A stretch of DNA of 64,000 nt. It comes from Squalus acanthias. Lineage: Eukaryota. Position 1 is the first letter of the stretch, and the number at the start of each line of letters is the position of its first letter. A program made the translations under genes and the position numbers. Below are positions 25,701 through 40,700 of this stretch, in pieces. The stretch is taken from NCBI GenBank assembly GCA_030390025.1, contig JASTWF010000037.1:186001-250000 (forward strand). The letters are read 5' to 3'. The notes under the pieces were generated by a model. That model had not been told where the DNA came from and ran no database searches. It worked only from the letters and a program-made list of their open reading frames with translations.

Positions 25701-28700
25701 GTACAGGTCTGTCACTGTATAACACTGGGGTACAGTACTGGTGGGTACAGGTCTGTCACTGTAACACTGGGGTACAGTACTGGTGGGTACAGGTCTGTCA
25801 CTGTATAACACTGGGGTACAGTACTGGTGGGTACAGGTCTGTCACTGTATAACACTGGGGTACAGTACTGGTGGGTACAGGTCTGTCACTGTATAACACT
25901 GGGGTACAGTACTGGTGGGTACAGGTCTGTCACTGTATAACACTGGGGTACAGTACTGGTGGGTACAGGTCTGTCACTGTATAACACTGGGGTACAGTAC
26001 TGGTGGGTACAGGTCTGTCACTGTATAACACTGGGGTACAGTACTGGTGGGTACAGGTCTGTCACTGTATAACACTGGGGTACAGTACTGGTGGGTACAG
26101 GTCTGTCACTGTATAACACTGGGGTACAGTACTGGTGGGTACAGGTCTGTCACTGTATAACACTGGGGTACAGTACTGGTGGGTACAGGTCTGTCACTGT
26201 ATAACACTGGGGTACAGTACTGGTGGGTACAGGTCTGTCACTGTATAACACTGGGGTACAGTACTGGTGGGTACAGGTCTGTCACTGTATAACACTGGGG
26301 TACAGTACTGGTGGGTACAGGTCTGTCACTGTATAACACTGGGGTACAGTACTGGTGGGTACAGGTCTGTCACTGTATAACACTGGGGTACAGTACTGGT
26401 GGGTACAGGTCTGTCACTGTATAACACTGGGGTACAGTACTGGTGGGTACAGGTCTGTCACTGTATAACACTGGGGTACAGTACTGGTGGGTACAGGTCT
26501 GTCACTGTATAACACTGGGGTACAGTACTGGTGGGTACAGGTCTGTCACTGTATAACACTGGGGTACAGTACTGGTGGGTACAGGTCTGTCACTGTATAA
26601 CACTGGGGTACAGTACTGGTGGGTACAGGTCTGTCACTGTATAACACTGGGGTACAGTACTGGTGGGTACAGGTCTGTCACTGTATAACACTGGGGTACA
26701 GTACTGGTGGGTACAGGTCTGTCACTGTATAACACTGGGGTACAGTACTGGTGGGTACAGGTCTGTCACTGTATAACACTGGGTACAGTACTGGTGGGTA
26801 CAGGTCTGTCACTGTATAACACTGGGGTACAGTACTGGTGGGTACAGGTCTGTCACTGTATAACACTGGGGTACAGTACTGGTGGGTACAGGTCTGTCAC
26901 TGTATAACACTGGGGTACAGTACTGGTGGGTACAGGTCTGTCACTGTATAACACTGGGGTACAGTACTGGTGGGTACAGGTCTGTCACTGTATAACACTG
27001 GGGTACAGTACTGGTGGGTACAGGTCTGTCACTGTATAACACTGGGGTACAGTACTGGTGGGTACAGGTCTGTCACTGTATAACACTGGGGTACAGTACT
27101 GTGGGTACAGGTCTGTCACTGTATAACACTGGGGTACAGTACTGGTGGGTACAGGTCTGTCACTGTATAACACTGGGGTACAGTACTGGTGGGTACAGGT
27201 CTGTCACTGTATAACACTGGGGTACAGTACTGGTGGGTACAGGTCTGTCACTGTATAACACTGGGGTACAGTACTGGTGGGTACAGGTCTGTCACTGTAT
27301 AACACTGGGGTACAGTACTGGTGGGTACAGGTCTGTCACTGTATAACACTGGGTACAGTACTGGTGGGTACAGGTCTGTCACTGTATAACACTGGGGTAC
27401 AGTACTGGTGGGTACAGGTCTGTCACTGTATAACACTGGGGTACAGTACTGGTGGGTACAGGTCTGTCACTGTATAACACTGGGGTACAGTACTGGTGGG
27501 TACAGGTCTGTCACTGTATAACACTGGGGTACAGTACTGGTGGGTACAGGTCTGTCACTGTATAACACTGGGGTACAGTACTGGTGGGTACAGGTCTGTC
27601 ACTGTATAACACTGGGGTACAGTACTGGTGGGTACAGGTCTGTCACTGTATAACACTGGGGTACAGTACTGGTGGGTACAGGTCTGTCACTGTATAACAC
27701 TGGGGTACAGTACTGGTGGGTACAGGTCTGTCACTGTATAACACTGGGGTACAGTACTGGTGGGTACAGGTCTGTCACTGTATAACACTGGGGTACAGTA
27801 CTGGTGGGTACAGGTCTGTCACTGTATAACACTGGGGTACAGTACTGGTGGGTACAGGTCTGTCACTGTATAACACTGGGGTACAGTACTGGTGGGTACA
27901 GGTCTGTCACTGTATAACACTGGGGTACAGTACTGGTGGGTACAGGTCTGTCACTGTATAACACTGGGGTACAGTACTGGTGGGTACAGGTCTGTCACTG
28001 TATAACACTGGGGTACAGTACTGGTGGGTACAGGTCTGTCACTGTATAACACTGGGGTACAGTACTGGTGGGTACAGGTCTGTCACTGTATAACACTGGG
28101 GTACAGTACTGGTGGGTACAGGTCTGTCACTGTATAACACTGGGGTACAGTACTGGTGGGTACAGGTCTGTCACTGTATAACACTGGGTACAGTACTGGT
28201 GGGTACAGGTCTGTCACTGTATAACACTGGGGTACAGTACTGGTGGGTACAGGTCTGTCACTGTATAACACTGGGGTACAGTACTGGTGGGTACAGGTCT
28301 GTCACTGTATAACACTGGGGTACAGTACTGGTGGGTACAGGTCTGTCACTGTATAACACTGGGGTACAGTACTGGTGGGTACAGGTCTGTCACTGTATAA
28401 CACTGGGGTACAGTACTGGTGGGTACAGGTCTGTCACTGTATAACACTGGGGTACAGTACTGGTGGGTACAGGTCTGTCACTGTATAACACTGGGGTACA
28501 GTACTGGTGGGTACAGGTCTGTCACTGTATAACACTGGGGTACAGTACTGGTGGGTACAGGTCTGTCACTGTATAACACTGGGGTACAGTACTGGTGGGT
28601 ACAGGTCTGTCACTGTATAACACTGGGTACAGTACTGGTGGGTACAGGTCTGTCACTGTATAACACTGGGGTACAGTACTGGTGGGTACAGGTCTGTCAC

Positions 28701-31700
28701 TGTATAACACTGGGGTACAGTACTGGTGGGTACAGGTCTGTCACTGTATAACACTGGGTACAGTACTGGTGGGTACAGGTCTGTCACTGTATAACACTGG
28801 GGTACAGTACTGGTGGGTACAGGTCTGTCACTGTATAACACTGGGGTACAGTACTGGTGGGTACAGGTCTGTCACTGTATAACACTGGGGTACAGTACTG
28901 GTGGGTACAGGTCTGTCACTGTATAACACTGGGGTACAGTACTGGTGGGTACAGGTCTGTCACTGTATAACACTGGGGTACAGTACTGGTGGGTACAGGT
29001 CTGTCACTGTATAACACTGGGGTACAGTACTGGTGGGTACAGGTCTGTCACTGTATAACACTGGGGTACAGTACTGGTGGGTACAGGTCTGTCACTGTAT
29101 AACACTGGGGTACAGTACTGGTGGGTACAGGTCTGTCACTGTATAACACTGGGGTACAGTACTGGTGGGTACAGGTCTGTCACTGTATAACACTGGGGTA
29201 CAGTACTGGTGGGTACAGGTCTGTCACTGTATAACACTGGGGTACAGTACTGGTGGGTACAGGTCTGTCACTGTATAACACTGGGGTACAGTACTGGTGG
29301 GTACAGGTCTGTCACTGTATAACACTGGGGTACAGTACTGGTGGGTACAGGTCTGTCACTGTATAACACTGGGGTACAGTACTGGTGGGTACAGGTCTGT
29401 CACTGTATAACACTGGGGTACAGTACTGGTGGGTACAGGTCTGTCACTGTATAACACTGGGGTACAGTACTGGTGGGTACAGGTCTGTCACTGTATAACA
29501 CTGGGGTACAGTACTGGTGGGTACAGGTCTGTCACTGTATAACACTGGGGTACAGTACTGGTGGGTACAGGTCTGTCACTGTATAACACTGGGGTACAGT
29601 ACTGGTGGGTACAGGTCTGTCACTGTATAACACTGGGGTACAGTACTGGTGGGTACAGGTCTGTCACTGTATAACACTGGGGTACAGTACTGGTGGGTAC
29701 AGGTCTGTCACTGTATAACACTGGGGTACAGTACTGGTGGGTACAGGTCTGTCACTGTATAACACTGGGGTACAGTACTGGTGGGTACAGGTCTGTCACT
29801 GTATAACACTGGGGTACAGTACTGGTGGGTACAGGTCTGTCACTGTATAACACTGGGGTACAGTACTGGTGGGTACAGGTCTGTCACTGTATAACACTGG
29901 GGTACAGTACTGGTGGGTACAGGTCTGTCACTGTATAACACTGGGGTACAGTACTGGTGGGTACAGGTCTGTCACTGTATAACACTGGGGTACAGTACTG
30001 GTGGGTACAGGTCTGTCACTGTATAACACTGGGGTACAGTACTGGTGGGTACAGGTCTGTCACTGTATAACACTGGGGTACAGTACTGGTGGGTACAGGT
30101 CTGTCACTGTATAACACTGGGGTACAGTACTGGTGGGTACAGGTCTGTCACTGTATAACACTGGGGTACAGTACTGGTGGGTACAGGTCTGTCACTGTAT
30201 AACACTGGGGTACAGTACTGGTGGGTACAGGTCTGTCACTGTATAACACTGGGGTACAGTACTGGTGGGTACAGGTCTGTCACTGTATAACACTGGGGTA
30301 CAGTACTGGTGGGTACAGGTCTGTCACTGTATAACACTGGGGTACAGTACTGGTGGGTACAGGTCTGTCACTGTATAACACTGGGGTACAGTACTGGTGG
30401 GTACAGGTCTGTCACTGTATAACACTGGGGTACAGTACTGGTGGGTACAGGTCTGTCACTGTATAACACTGGGGTACAGTACTGGTGGGTACAGGTCTGT
30501 CACTGTATAACACTGGGGTACAGTACTGGTGGGTACAGGTCTGTCACTGTATAACACTGGGGTACAGTACTGGTGGGTACAGGTCTGTCACTGTATAACA
30601 CTGGGGTACAGTACTGGTGGGTACAGGTCTGTCACTGTATAACACTGGGGTACAGTACTGGTGGGTACAGGTCTGTCACTGTATAACACTGGGTACAGTA
30701 CTGGTGGGTACAGGTCTGTCACTGTATAACACTGGGGTACAGTACTGGTGGGTACAGGTCTGTCACTGTATAACACTGGGGTACAGTACTGGTGGGTACA
30801 GGTCTGTCACTGTATAACACTGGGGTACAGTACTGGTGGGTACAGGTCTGTCACTGTATAACACTGGGGTACAGTACTGGTGGGTACAGGTCTGTCACTG
30901 TATAACACTGGGGTACAGTACTGGTGGGTACAGGTCTGTCACTGTATAACACTGGGGTACAGTACTGGTGGGTACAGGTCTGTCACTGTATAACACTGGG
31001 GTACAGTACTGGTGGGTACAGGTCTGTCACTGTATAACACTGGGGTACAGTACTGGTGGGTACAGGTCTGTCACTGTATAACACTGGGGTACAGTACTGG
31101 TGGGTACAGGTCTGTCACTGTATAACACTGGGGTACAGTACTGGTGGGTACAGGTCTGTCACTGTATAACACTGGGGTACAGTACTGGTGGGTACAGGTC
31201 TGTCACTGTATAACACTGGGGTACAGTACTGGTGGGTACAGGTCTGTCACTGTATAACACTGGGGTACAGTACTGGTGGGTACAGGTCTGTCACTGTATA
31301 ACACTGGGGTACAGTACTGGTGGGTACAGGTCTGTCACTGTATAACACTGGGGTACAGTACTGGTGGGTACAGGTCTGTCACTGTATAACACTGGGGTAC
31401 AGTACTGGTGGGTACAGGTCTGTCACTGTATAACACTGGGGTACAGTACTGGTGGGTACAGGTCTGTCACTGTATAACACTGGGGTACAGTACTGGTGGG
31501 TACAGGTCTGTCACTGTATAACACTGGGGTACAGTACTGGTGGGTACAGGTCTGTCACTGTATAACACTGGGGTACAGTACTGGTGGGTACAGGTCTGTC
31601 ACTGTATAACACTGGGGTACAGTACTGGTGGGTACAGGTCTGTCACTGTATAACACTGGGGTACAGTACTGGTGGGTACAGGTCTGTCACTGTATAACAC

Positions 31701-34700
31701 TGGGGTACAGTACTGGTGGGTACAGGTCTGTCACTGTATAACACTGGGGTACAGTACTGGTGGGTACAGGTCTGTCACTGTATAACACTGGGGTACAGTA
31801 CTGGTGGGTACAGGTCTGTCACTGTATAACACTGGGGTACAGTACTGGTGGGTACAGGTCTGTCACTGTATAACACTGGGGTACAGTACTGGTGGGTACA
31901 GGTCTGTCACTGTATAACACTGGGGTACAGTACTGGTGGGTACAGGTCTGTCACTGTATAACACTGGGGTACAGTACTGGTGGGTACAGGTCTGTCACTG
32001 TATAACACTGGGGTACAGTACTGGTGGGTACAGGTCTGTCACTGTATAACACTGGGGTACAGTACTGGTGGGTACAGGTCTGTCACTGTATAACACTGGG
32101 GTACAGTACTGGTGGGTACAGGTCTGTCACTGTATAACACTGGGGTACAGTACTGGTGGGTACAGGTCTGTCACTGTATAACACTGGGGTACAGTACTGG
32201 TGGGTACAGGTCTGTCACTGTATAACACTGGGGTACAGTACTGGTGGGTACAGGTCTGTCACTGTATAACACTGGGGTACAGTACTGGTGGGTACAGGTC
32301 TGTCACTGTATAACACTGGGGTACAGTACTGGTGGGTACAGGTCTGTCACTGTATAACACTGGGGTACAGTACTGGTGGGTACAGGTCTGTCACTGTATA
32401 ACACTGGGGTACAGTACTGGTGGGTACAGGTCTGTCACTGTATAACACTGGGGTACAGTACTGGTGGGTACAGGTCTGTCACTGTATAACACTGGGGTAC
32501 AGTACTGGTGGGTACAGGTCTGTCACTGTATAACACTGGGGTACAGTACTGGTGGGTACAGGTCTGTCACTGTATAACACTGGGGTACAGTACTGGTGGG
32601 TACAGGTCTGTCACTGTATAACACTGGGGTACAGTACTGGTGGGTACAGGTCTGTCACTGTATAACACTGGGGTACAGTACTGGTGGGTACAGGTCTGTC
32701 ACTGTATAACACTGGGGTACAGTACTGGTGGGTACAGGTCTGTCACTGTATAACACTGGGGTACAGTACTGGTGGGTACAGGTCTGTCACTGTATAACAC
32801 TGGGTACAGTACTGGTGGGTACAGGTCTGTCACTGTATAACACTGGGGTACAGTACTGGTGGGTACAGGTCTGTCACTGTATAACACTGGGGTACAGTAC
32901 TGGTGGGTACAGGTCTGTCACTGTATAACACTGGGGTACAGTACTGGTGGGTACAGGTCTGTCACTGTATAACACTGGGTACAGTACTGGTGGGTACAGG
33001 TCTGTCACTGTATAACACTGGGGTACAGTACTGGTGGGTACAGGTCTGTCACTGTATAACACTGGGGTACAGTACTGGTGGGTACAGGTCTGTCACTGTA
33101 TAACACTGGGGTACAGTACTGGTGGGTACAGGTCTGTCACTGTATAACACTGGGGTACAGTACTGGTGGGTACAGGTCTGTCACTGTATAACACTGGGGT
33201 ACAGTACTGGTGGGTACAGGTCTGTCACTGTATAACACTGGGGTACAGTACTGGTGGGTACAGGTCTGTCACTGTATAACACTGGGGTACAGTACTGGTG
33301 GGTACAGGTCTGTCACTGTATAACACTGGGGTACAGTACTGGTGGGTACAGGTCTGTCACTGTATAACACTGGGGTACAGTACTGGTGGGTACAGGTCTG
33401 TCACTGTATAACACTGGGGTACAGTACTGGTGGGTACAGGTCTGTCACTGTATAACACTGGGGTACAGTACTGGTGGGTACAGGTCTGTCACTGTATAAC
33501 ACTGGGGTACAGTACTGGTGGGTACAGGTCTGTCACTGTATAACACTGGGGTACAGTACTGGTGGGTACAGGTCTGTCACTGTATAACACTGGGGTACAG
33601 TACTGGTGGGTACAGGTCTGTCACTGTATAACACTGGGGTACAGTACTGGTGGGTACAGGTCTGTCACTGTATAACACTGGGGTACAGTACTGGTGGGTA
33701 CAGGTCTGTCACTGTATAACACTGGGGTACAGTACTGGTGGGTACAGGTCTGTCACTGTATAACACTGGGGTACAGTACTGGTGGGTACAGGTCTGTCAC
33801 TGTATAACACTGGGGTACAGTACTGGTGGGTACAGGTCTGTCACTGTATAACACTGGGGTACAGTACTGGTGGGTACAGGTCTGTCACTGTATAACACTG
33901 GGGTACAGTACTGGTGGGTACAGGTCTGTCACTGTATAACACTGGGGTACAGTACTGGTGGGTACAGGTCTGTCACTGTATAACACTGGGGTACAGTACT
34001 GGTGGGTACAGGTCTGTCACTGTATAACACTGGGGTACAGTACTGGTGGGTACAGGTCTGTCACTGTATAACACTGGGGTACAGTACTGGTGGGTACAGG
34101 TCTGTCACTGTATAACACTGGGGTACAGTACTGGTGGGTACAGGTCTGTCACTGTATAACACTGGGTACAGTACTGGTGGGTACAGGTCTGTCACTGTAT
34201 AACACTGGGGTACAGTACTGGTGGGTACAGGTCTGTCACTGTATAACACTGGGGTACAGTACTGGTGGGTACAGGTCTGTCACTGTATAACACTGGGGTA
34301 CAGTACTGGTGGGTACAGGTCTGTCACTGTATAACACTGGGGTACAGTACTGGTGGGTACAGGTCTGTCACTGTATAACACTGGGGTACAGTACTGGTGG
34401 GTACAGGTCTGTCACTGTATAACACTGGGGTACAGTACTGGTGGGTACAGGTCTGTCACTGTATAACACTGGGGTACAGTACTGGTGGGTACAGGTCTGT
34501 CACTGTATAACACTGGGGTACAGTACTGGTGGGTACAGGTCTGTCACTGTATAACACTGGGGTACAGTACTGGTGGGTACAGGTCTGTCACTGTATAACA
34601 CTGGGGTACAGTACTGGTGGGTACAGGTCTGTCACTGTATAACACTGGGGTACAGTACTGGTGGGTACAGGTCTGTCACTGTATAACACTGGGGTACAGT

Positions 34701-37700
34701 ACTGGTGGGTACAGGTCTGTCACTGTATAACACTGGGGTACAGTACTGGTGGGTACAGGTCTGTCACTGTATAACACTGGGGTACAGTACTGGTGGGTAC
34801 AGGTCTGTCACTGTATAACACTGGGGTACAGTACTGGTGGGTACAGGTCTGTCACTGTATAACACTGGGGTACAGTACTGGTGGGTACAGGTCTGTCACT
34901 GTATAACACTGGGGTACAGTACTGGTGGGTACAGGTCTGTCACTGTATAACACTGGGGTACAGTACTGGTGGGTACAGGTCTGTCACTGTATAACACTGG
35001 GTACAGTACTGGTGGGTACAGGTCTGTCACTGTATAACACTGGGGTACAGTACTGGTGGGTACAGGTCTGTCACTGTATAACACTGGGGTACAGTACTGG
35101 TGGGTACAGGTCTGTCACTGTATAACACTGGGGTACAGTACTGGTGGGTACAGGTCTGTCACTGTATAACACTGGGGTACAGTACTGGTGGGTACAGGTC
35201 TGTCACTGTATAACACTGGGTACAGTACTGGTGGGTACAGGTCTGTCACTGTATAACACTGGGGTACAGTACTGGTGGGTACAGGTCTGTCACTGTATAA
35301 CACTGGGGTACAGTACTGGTGGGTACAGGTCTGTCACTGTATAACACTGGGGTACAGTACTGGTGGGTACAGGTCTGTCACTGTATAACACTGGGGTACA
35401 GTACTGGTGGGTACAGGTCTGTCACTGTATAACACTGGGGTACAGTACTGGTGGGTACAGGTCTGTCACTGTATAACACTGGGGTACAGTACTGGTGGGT
35501 ACAGGTCTGTCACTGTATAACACTGGGGTACAGTACTGGTGGGTACAGGTCTGTCACTGTATAACACTGGGGTACAGTACTGGTGGGTACAGGTCTGTCA
35601 CTGTATAACACTGGGGTACAGTACTGGTGGGTACAGGTCTGTCACTGTATAACACTGGGGTACAGTACTGGTGGGTACAGGTCTGTCACTGTATAACACT
35701 GGGGTACAGTACTGGTGGGTACAGGTCTGTCACTGTATAACACTGGGGTACAGTACTGGTGGGTACAGGTCTGTCACTGTATAACACTGGGGTACAGTAC
35801 TGGTGGGTACAGGTCTGTCACTGTATAACACTGGGGTACAGTACTGGTGGGTACAGGTCTGTCACTGTATAACACTGGGGTACAGTACTGGTGGGTACAG
35901 GTCTGTCACTGTATAACACTGGGGTACAGTACTGGTGGGTACAGGTCTGTCACTGTATAACACTGGGGTACAGTACTGGTGGGTACAGGTCTGTCACTGT
36001 ATAACACTGGGGTACAGTACTGGTGGGTACAGGTCTGTCACTGTATAACACTGGGGTACAGTACTGGTGGGTACAGGTCTGTCACTGTATAACACTGGGG
36101 TACAGTACTGGTGGGTACAGGTCTGTCACTGTATAACACTGGGGTACAGTACTGGTGGGTACAGGTCTGTCACTGTATAACACTGGGGTACAGTACTGGT
36201 GGGTACAGGTCTGTCACTGTATAACACTGGGGTACAGTACTGGTGGGTACAGGTCTGTCACTGTATAACACTGGGTACAGTACTGGTGGGTACAGGTCTG
36301 TCACTGTATAACACTGGGGTACAGTACTGGTGGGTACAGGTCTGTCACTGTATAACACTGGGGTACAGTACTGGTGGGTACAGGTCTGTCACTGTATAAC
36401 ACTGGGGTACAGTACTGGTGGGTACAGGTCTGTCACTGTATAACACTGGGGTACAGTACTGGTGGGTACAGGTCTGTCACTGTATAACACTGGGGTACAG
36501 TACTGGTGGGTACAGGTCTGTCACTGTATAACACTGGGGTACAGTACTGGTGGGTACAGGTCTGTCACTGTATAACACTGGGGTACAGTACTGGTGGGTA
36601 CAGGTCTGTCACTGTATAACACTGGGGTACAGTACTGGTGGGTACAGGTCTGTCACTGTATAACACTGGGGTACAGTACTGGTGGGTACAGGTCTGTCAC
36701 TGTATAACACTGGGGTACAGTACTGGTGGGTACAGGTCTGTCACTGTATAACACTGGGGTACAGTACTGGTGGGTACAGGTCTGTCACTGTATAACACTG
36801 GGTACAGTACTGGTGGGTACAGGTCTGTCACTGTATAACACTGGGGTACAGTACTGGTGGGTACAGGTCTGTCACTGTATAACACTGGGGTACAGTACTG
36901 GTGGGTACAGGTCTGTCACTGTATAACACTGGGGTACAGTACTGGTGGGTACAGGTCTGTCACTGTATAACACTGGGGTACAGTACTGGTGGGTACAGGT
37001 CTGTCACTGTATAACACTGGGGTACAGTACTGGTGGGTACAGGTCTGTCACTGTATAACACTGGGGTACAGTACTGGTGGGTACAGGTCTGTCACTGTAT
37101 AACACTGGGGTACAGTACTGGTGGGTACAGGTCTGTCACTGTATAACACTGGGGTACAGTACTGGTGGGTACAGGTCTGTCACTGTATAACACTGGGGTA
37201 CAGTACTGGTGGGTACAGGTCTGTCACTGTATAACACTGGGGTACAGTACTGGTGGGTACAGGTCTGTCACTGTATAACACTGGGGTACAGTACTGGTGG
37301 GTACAGGTCTGTCACTGTATAACACTGGGGTACAGTACTGGTGGGTACAGGTCTGTCACTGTATAACACTGGGGTACAGTACTGGTGGGTACAGGTCTGT
37401 CACTGTATAACACTGGGGTACAGTACTGGTGGGTACAGGTCTGTCACTGTATAACACTGGGGTACAGTACTGGTGGGTACAGGTCTGTCACTGTATAACA
37501 CTGGGGTACAGTACTGGTGGGTACAGGTCTGTCACTGTATAACACTGGGGTACAGTACTGGTGGGTACAGGTCTGTCACTGTATAACACTGGGGTACAGT
37601 ACTGGTGGGTACAGGTCTGTCACTGTATAACACTGGGGTACAGTACTGGTGGGTACAGGTCTGTCACTGTATAACACTGGGGTACAGTACTGGTGGGTAC

Positions 37701-40700
37701 AGGTCTGTCACTGTATAACACTGGGGTACAGTACTGGTGGGTACAGGTCTGTCACTGTATAACACTGGGGTACAGTACTGGTGGGTACAGGTCTGTCACT
37801 GTATAACACTGGGGTACAGTACTGGTGGGTACAGGTCTGTCACTGTATAACACTGGGGTACAGTACTGGTGGGTACAGGTCTGTCACTGTATAACACTGG
37901 GGTACAGTACTGGTGGGTACAGGTCTGTCACTGTATAACACTGGGGTACAGTACTGGTGGGTACAGGTCTGTCACTGTATAACACTGGGGTACAGTACTG
38001 GTGGGTACAGGTCTGTCACTGTATAACACTGGGGTACAGTACTGGTGGGTACAGGTCTGTCACTGTATAACACTGGGGTACAGTACTGGTGGGTACAGGT
38101 CTGTCACTGTATAACACTGGGTACAGTACTGGTGGGTACAGGTCTGTCACTGTATAACACTGGGGTACAGTACTGGTGGGTACAGGTCTGTCACTGTATA
38201 ACACTGGGGTACAGTACTGGTGGGTACAGGTCTGTCACTGTATAACACTGGGGTACAGTACTGGTGGGTACAGGTCTGTCACTGTATAACACTGGGGTAC
38301 AGTACTGGTGGGTACAGGTCTGTCACTGTATAACACTGGGGTACAGTACTGGTGGGTACAGGTCTGTCACTGTATAACACTGGGGTACAGTACTGGTGGG
38401 TACAGGTCTGTCACTGTATAACACTGGGGTACAGTACTGGTGGGTACAGGTCTGTCACTGTATAACACTGGGGTACAGTACTGGTGGGTACAGGTCTGTC
38501 ACTGTATAACACTGGGGTACAGTACTGGTGGGTACAGGTCTGTCACTGTATAACACTGGGGTACAGTACTGGTGGGTACAGGTCTGTCACTGTATAACAC
38601 TGGGGTACAGTACTGGTGGGTACAGGTCTGTCACTGTATAACACTGGGTACAGTACTGGTGGGTACAGGTCTGTCACTGTATAACACTGGGGTACAGTAC
38701 TGGTGGGTACAGGTCTGTCACTGTATAACACTGGGGTACAGTACTGGTGGGTACAGGTCTGTCACTGTATAACACTGGGTACAGTACTGGTGGGTACAGG
38801 TCTGTCACTGTATAACACTGGGGTACAGTACTGGTGGGTACAGGTCTGTCACTGTATAACACTGGGGTACAGTACTGGTGGGTACAGGTCTGTCACTGTA
38901 TAACACTGGGGTACAGTACTGGTGGGTACAGGTCTGTCACTGTATAACACTGGGTACAGTACTGGTGGGTACAGGTCTGTCACTGTATAACACTGGGGTA
39001 CAGTACTGGTGGGTACAGGTCTGTCACTGTATAACACTGGGGTACAGTACTGGTGGGTACAGGTCTGTCACTGTATAACACTGGGGTACAGTACTGGTGG
39101 GTACAGGTCTGTCACTGTATAACACTGGGGTACAGTACTGGTGGGTACAGGTCTGTCACTGTATAACACTGGGGTACAGTACTGGTGGGTACAGGTCTGT
39201 CACTGTATAACACTGGGGTACAGTACTGGTGGGTACAGGTCTGTCACTGTATAACACTGGGGTACAGTACTGGTGGGTACAGGTCTGTCACTGTATAACA
39301 CTGGGGTACAGTACTGGTGGGTACAGGTCTGTCACTGTATAACACTGGGGTACAGTACTGGTGGGTACAGGTCTGTCACTGTATAACACTGGGGTACAGT
39401 ACTGGTGGGTACAGGTCTGTCACTGTATAACACTGGGGTACAGTACTGGTGGGTACAGGTCTGTCACTGTATAACACTGGGGTACAGTACTGGTGGGTAC
39501 AGGTCTGTCACTGTATAACACTGGGGTACAGTACTGGTGGGTACAGGTCTGTCACTGTATAACACTGGGGTACAGTACTGGTGGGTACAGGTCTGTCACT
39601 GTATAACACTGGGGTACAGTACTGGTGGGTACAGGTCTGTCACTGTATAACACTGGGGTACAGTACTGGTGGGTACAGGTCTGTCACTGTATAACACTGG
39701 GGTACAGTACTGGTGGGTACAGGTCTGTCACTGTATAACACTGGGGTACAGTACTGGTGGGTACAGGTCTGTCACTGTATAACACTGGGGTACAGTACTG
39801 GTGGGTACAGGTCTGTCACTGTATAACACTGGGGTACAGTACTGGTGGGTACAGGTCTGTCACTGTATAACACTGGGGTACAGTACTGGTGGGTACAGGT
39901 CTGTCACTGTATAACACTGGGGTACAGTACTGGTGGGTACAGGTCTGTCACTGTATAACACTGGGGTACAGTACTGGTGGGTACAGGTCTGTCACTGTAT
40001 AACACTGGGGTACAGTACTGGTGGGTACAGGTCTGTCACTGTATAACACTGGGGTACAGTACTGGTGGGTACAGGTCTGTCACTGTATAACACTGGGGTA
40101 CAGTACTGGTGGGTACAGGTCTGTCACTGTATAACACTGGGGTACAGTACTGGTGGGTACAGGTCTGTCACTGTATAACACTGGGGTACAGTACTGGTGG
40201 GTACAGGTCTGTCACTGTATAACACTGGGGTACAGTACTGGTGGGTACAGGTCTGTCACTGTATAACACTGGGGTACAGTACTGGTGGGTACAGGTCTGT
40301 CACTGTATAACACTGGGGTACAGTACTGGTGGGTACAGGTCTGTCACTGTATAACACTGGGGTACAGTACTGGTGGGTACAGGTCTGTCACTGTATAACA
40401 CTGGGGTACAGTACTGGTGGGTACAGGTCTGTCACTGTATAACACTGGGTACAGTACTGGTGGGTACAGGTCTGTCACTGTATAACACTGGGGTACAGTA
40501 CTGGTGGGTACAGGTCTGTCACTGTATAACACTGGGGTACAGTACTGGTGGGTACAGGTCTGTCACTGTATAACACTGGGGTACAGTACTGGTGGGTACA
40601 GGTCTGTCACTGTATAACACTGGGGTACAGTACTGGTGGGTACAGGTCTGTCACTGTATAACACTGGGGTACAGTACTGGTGGGTACAGGTCTGTCACTG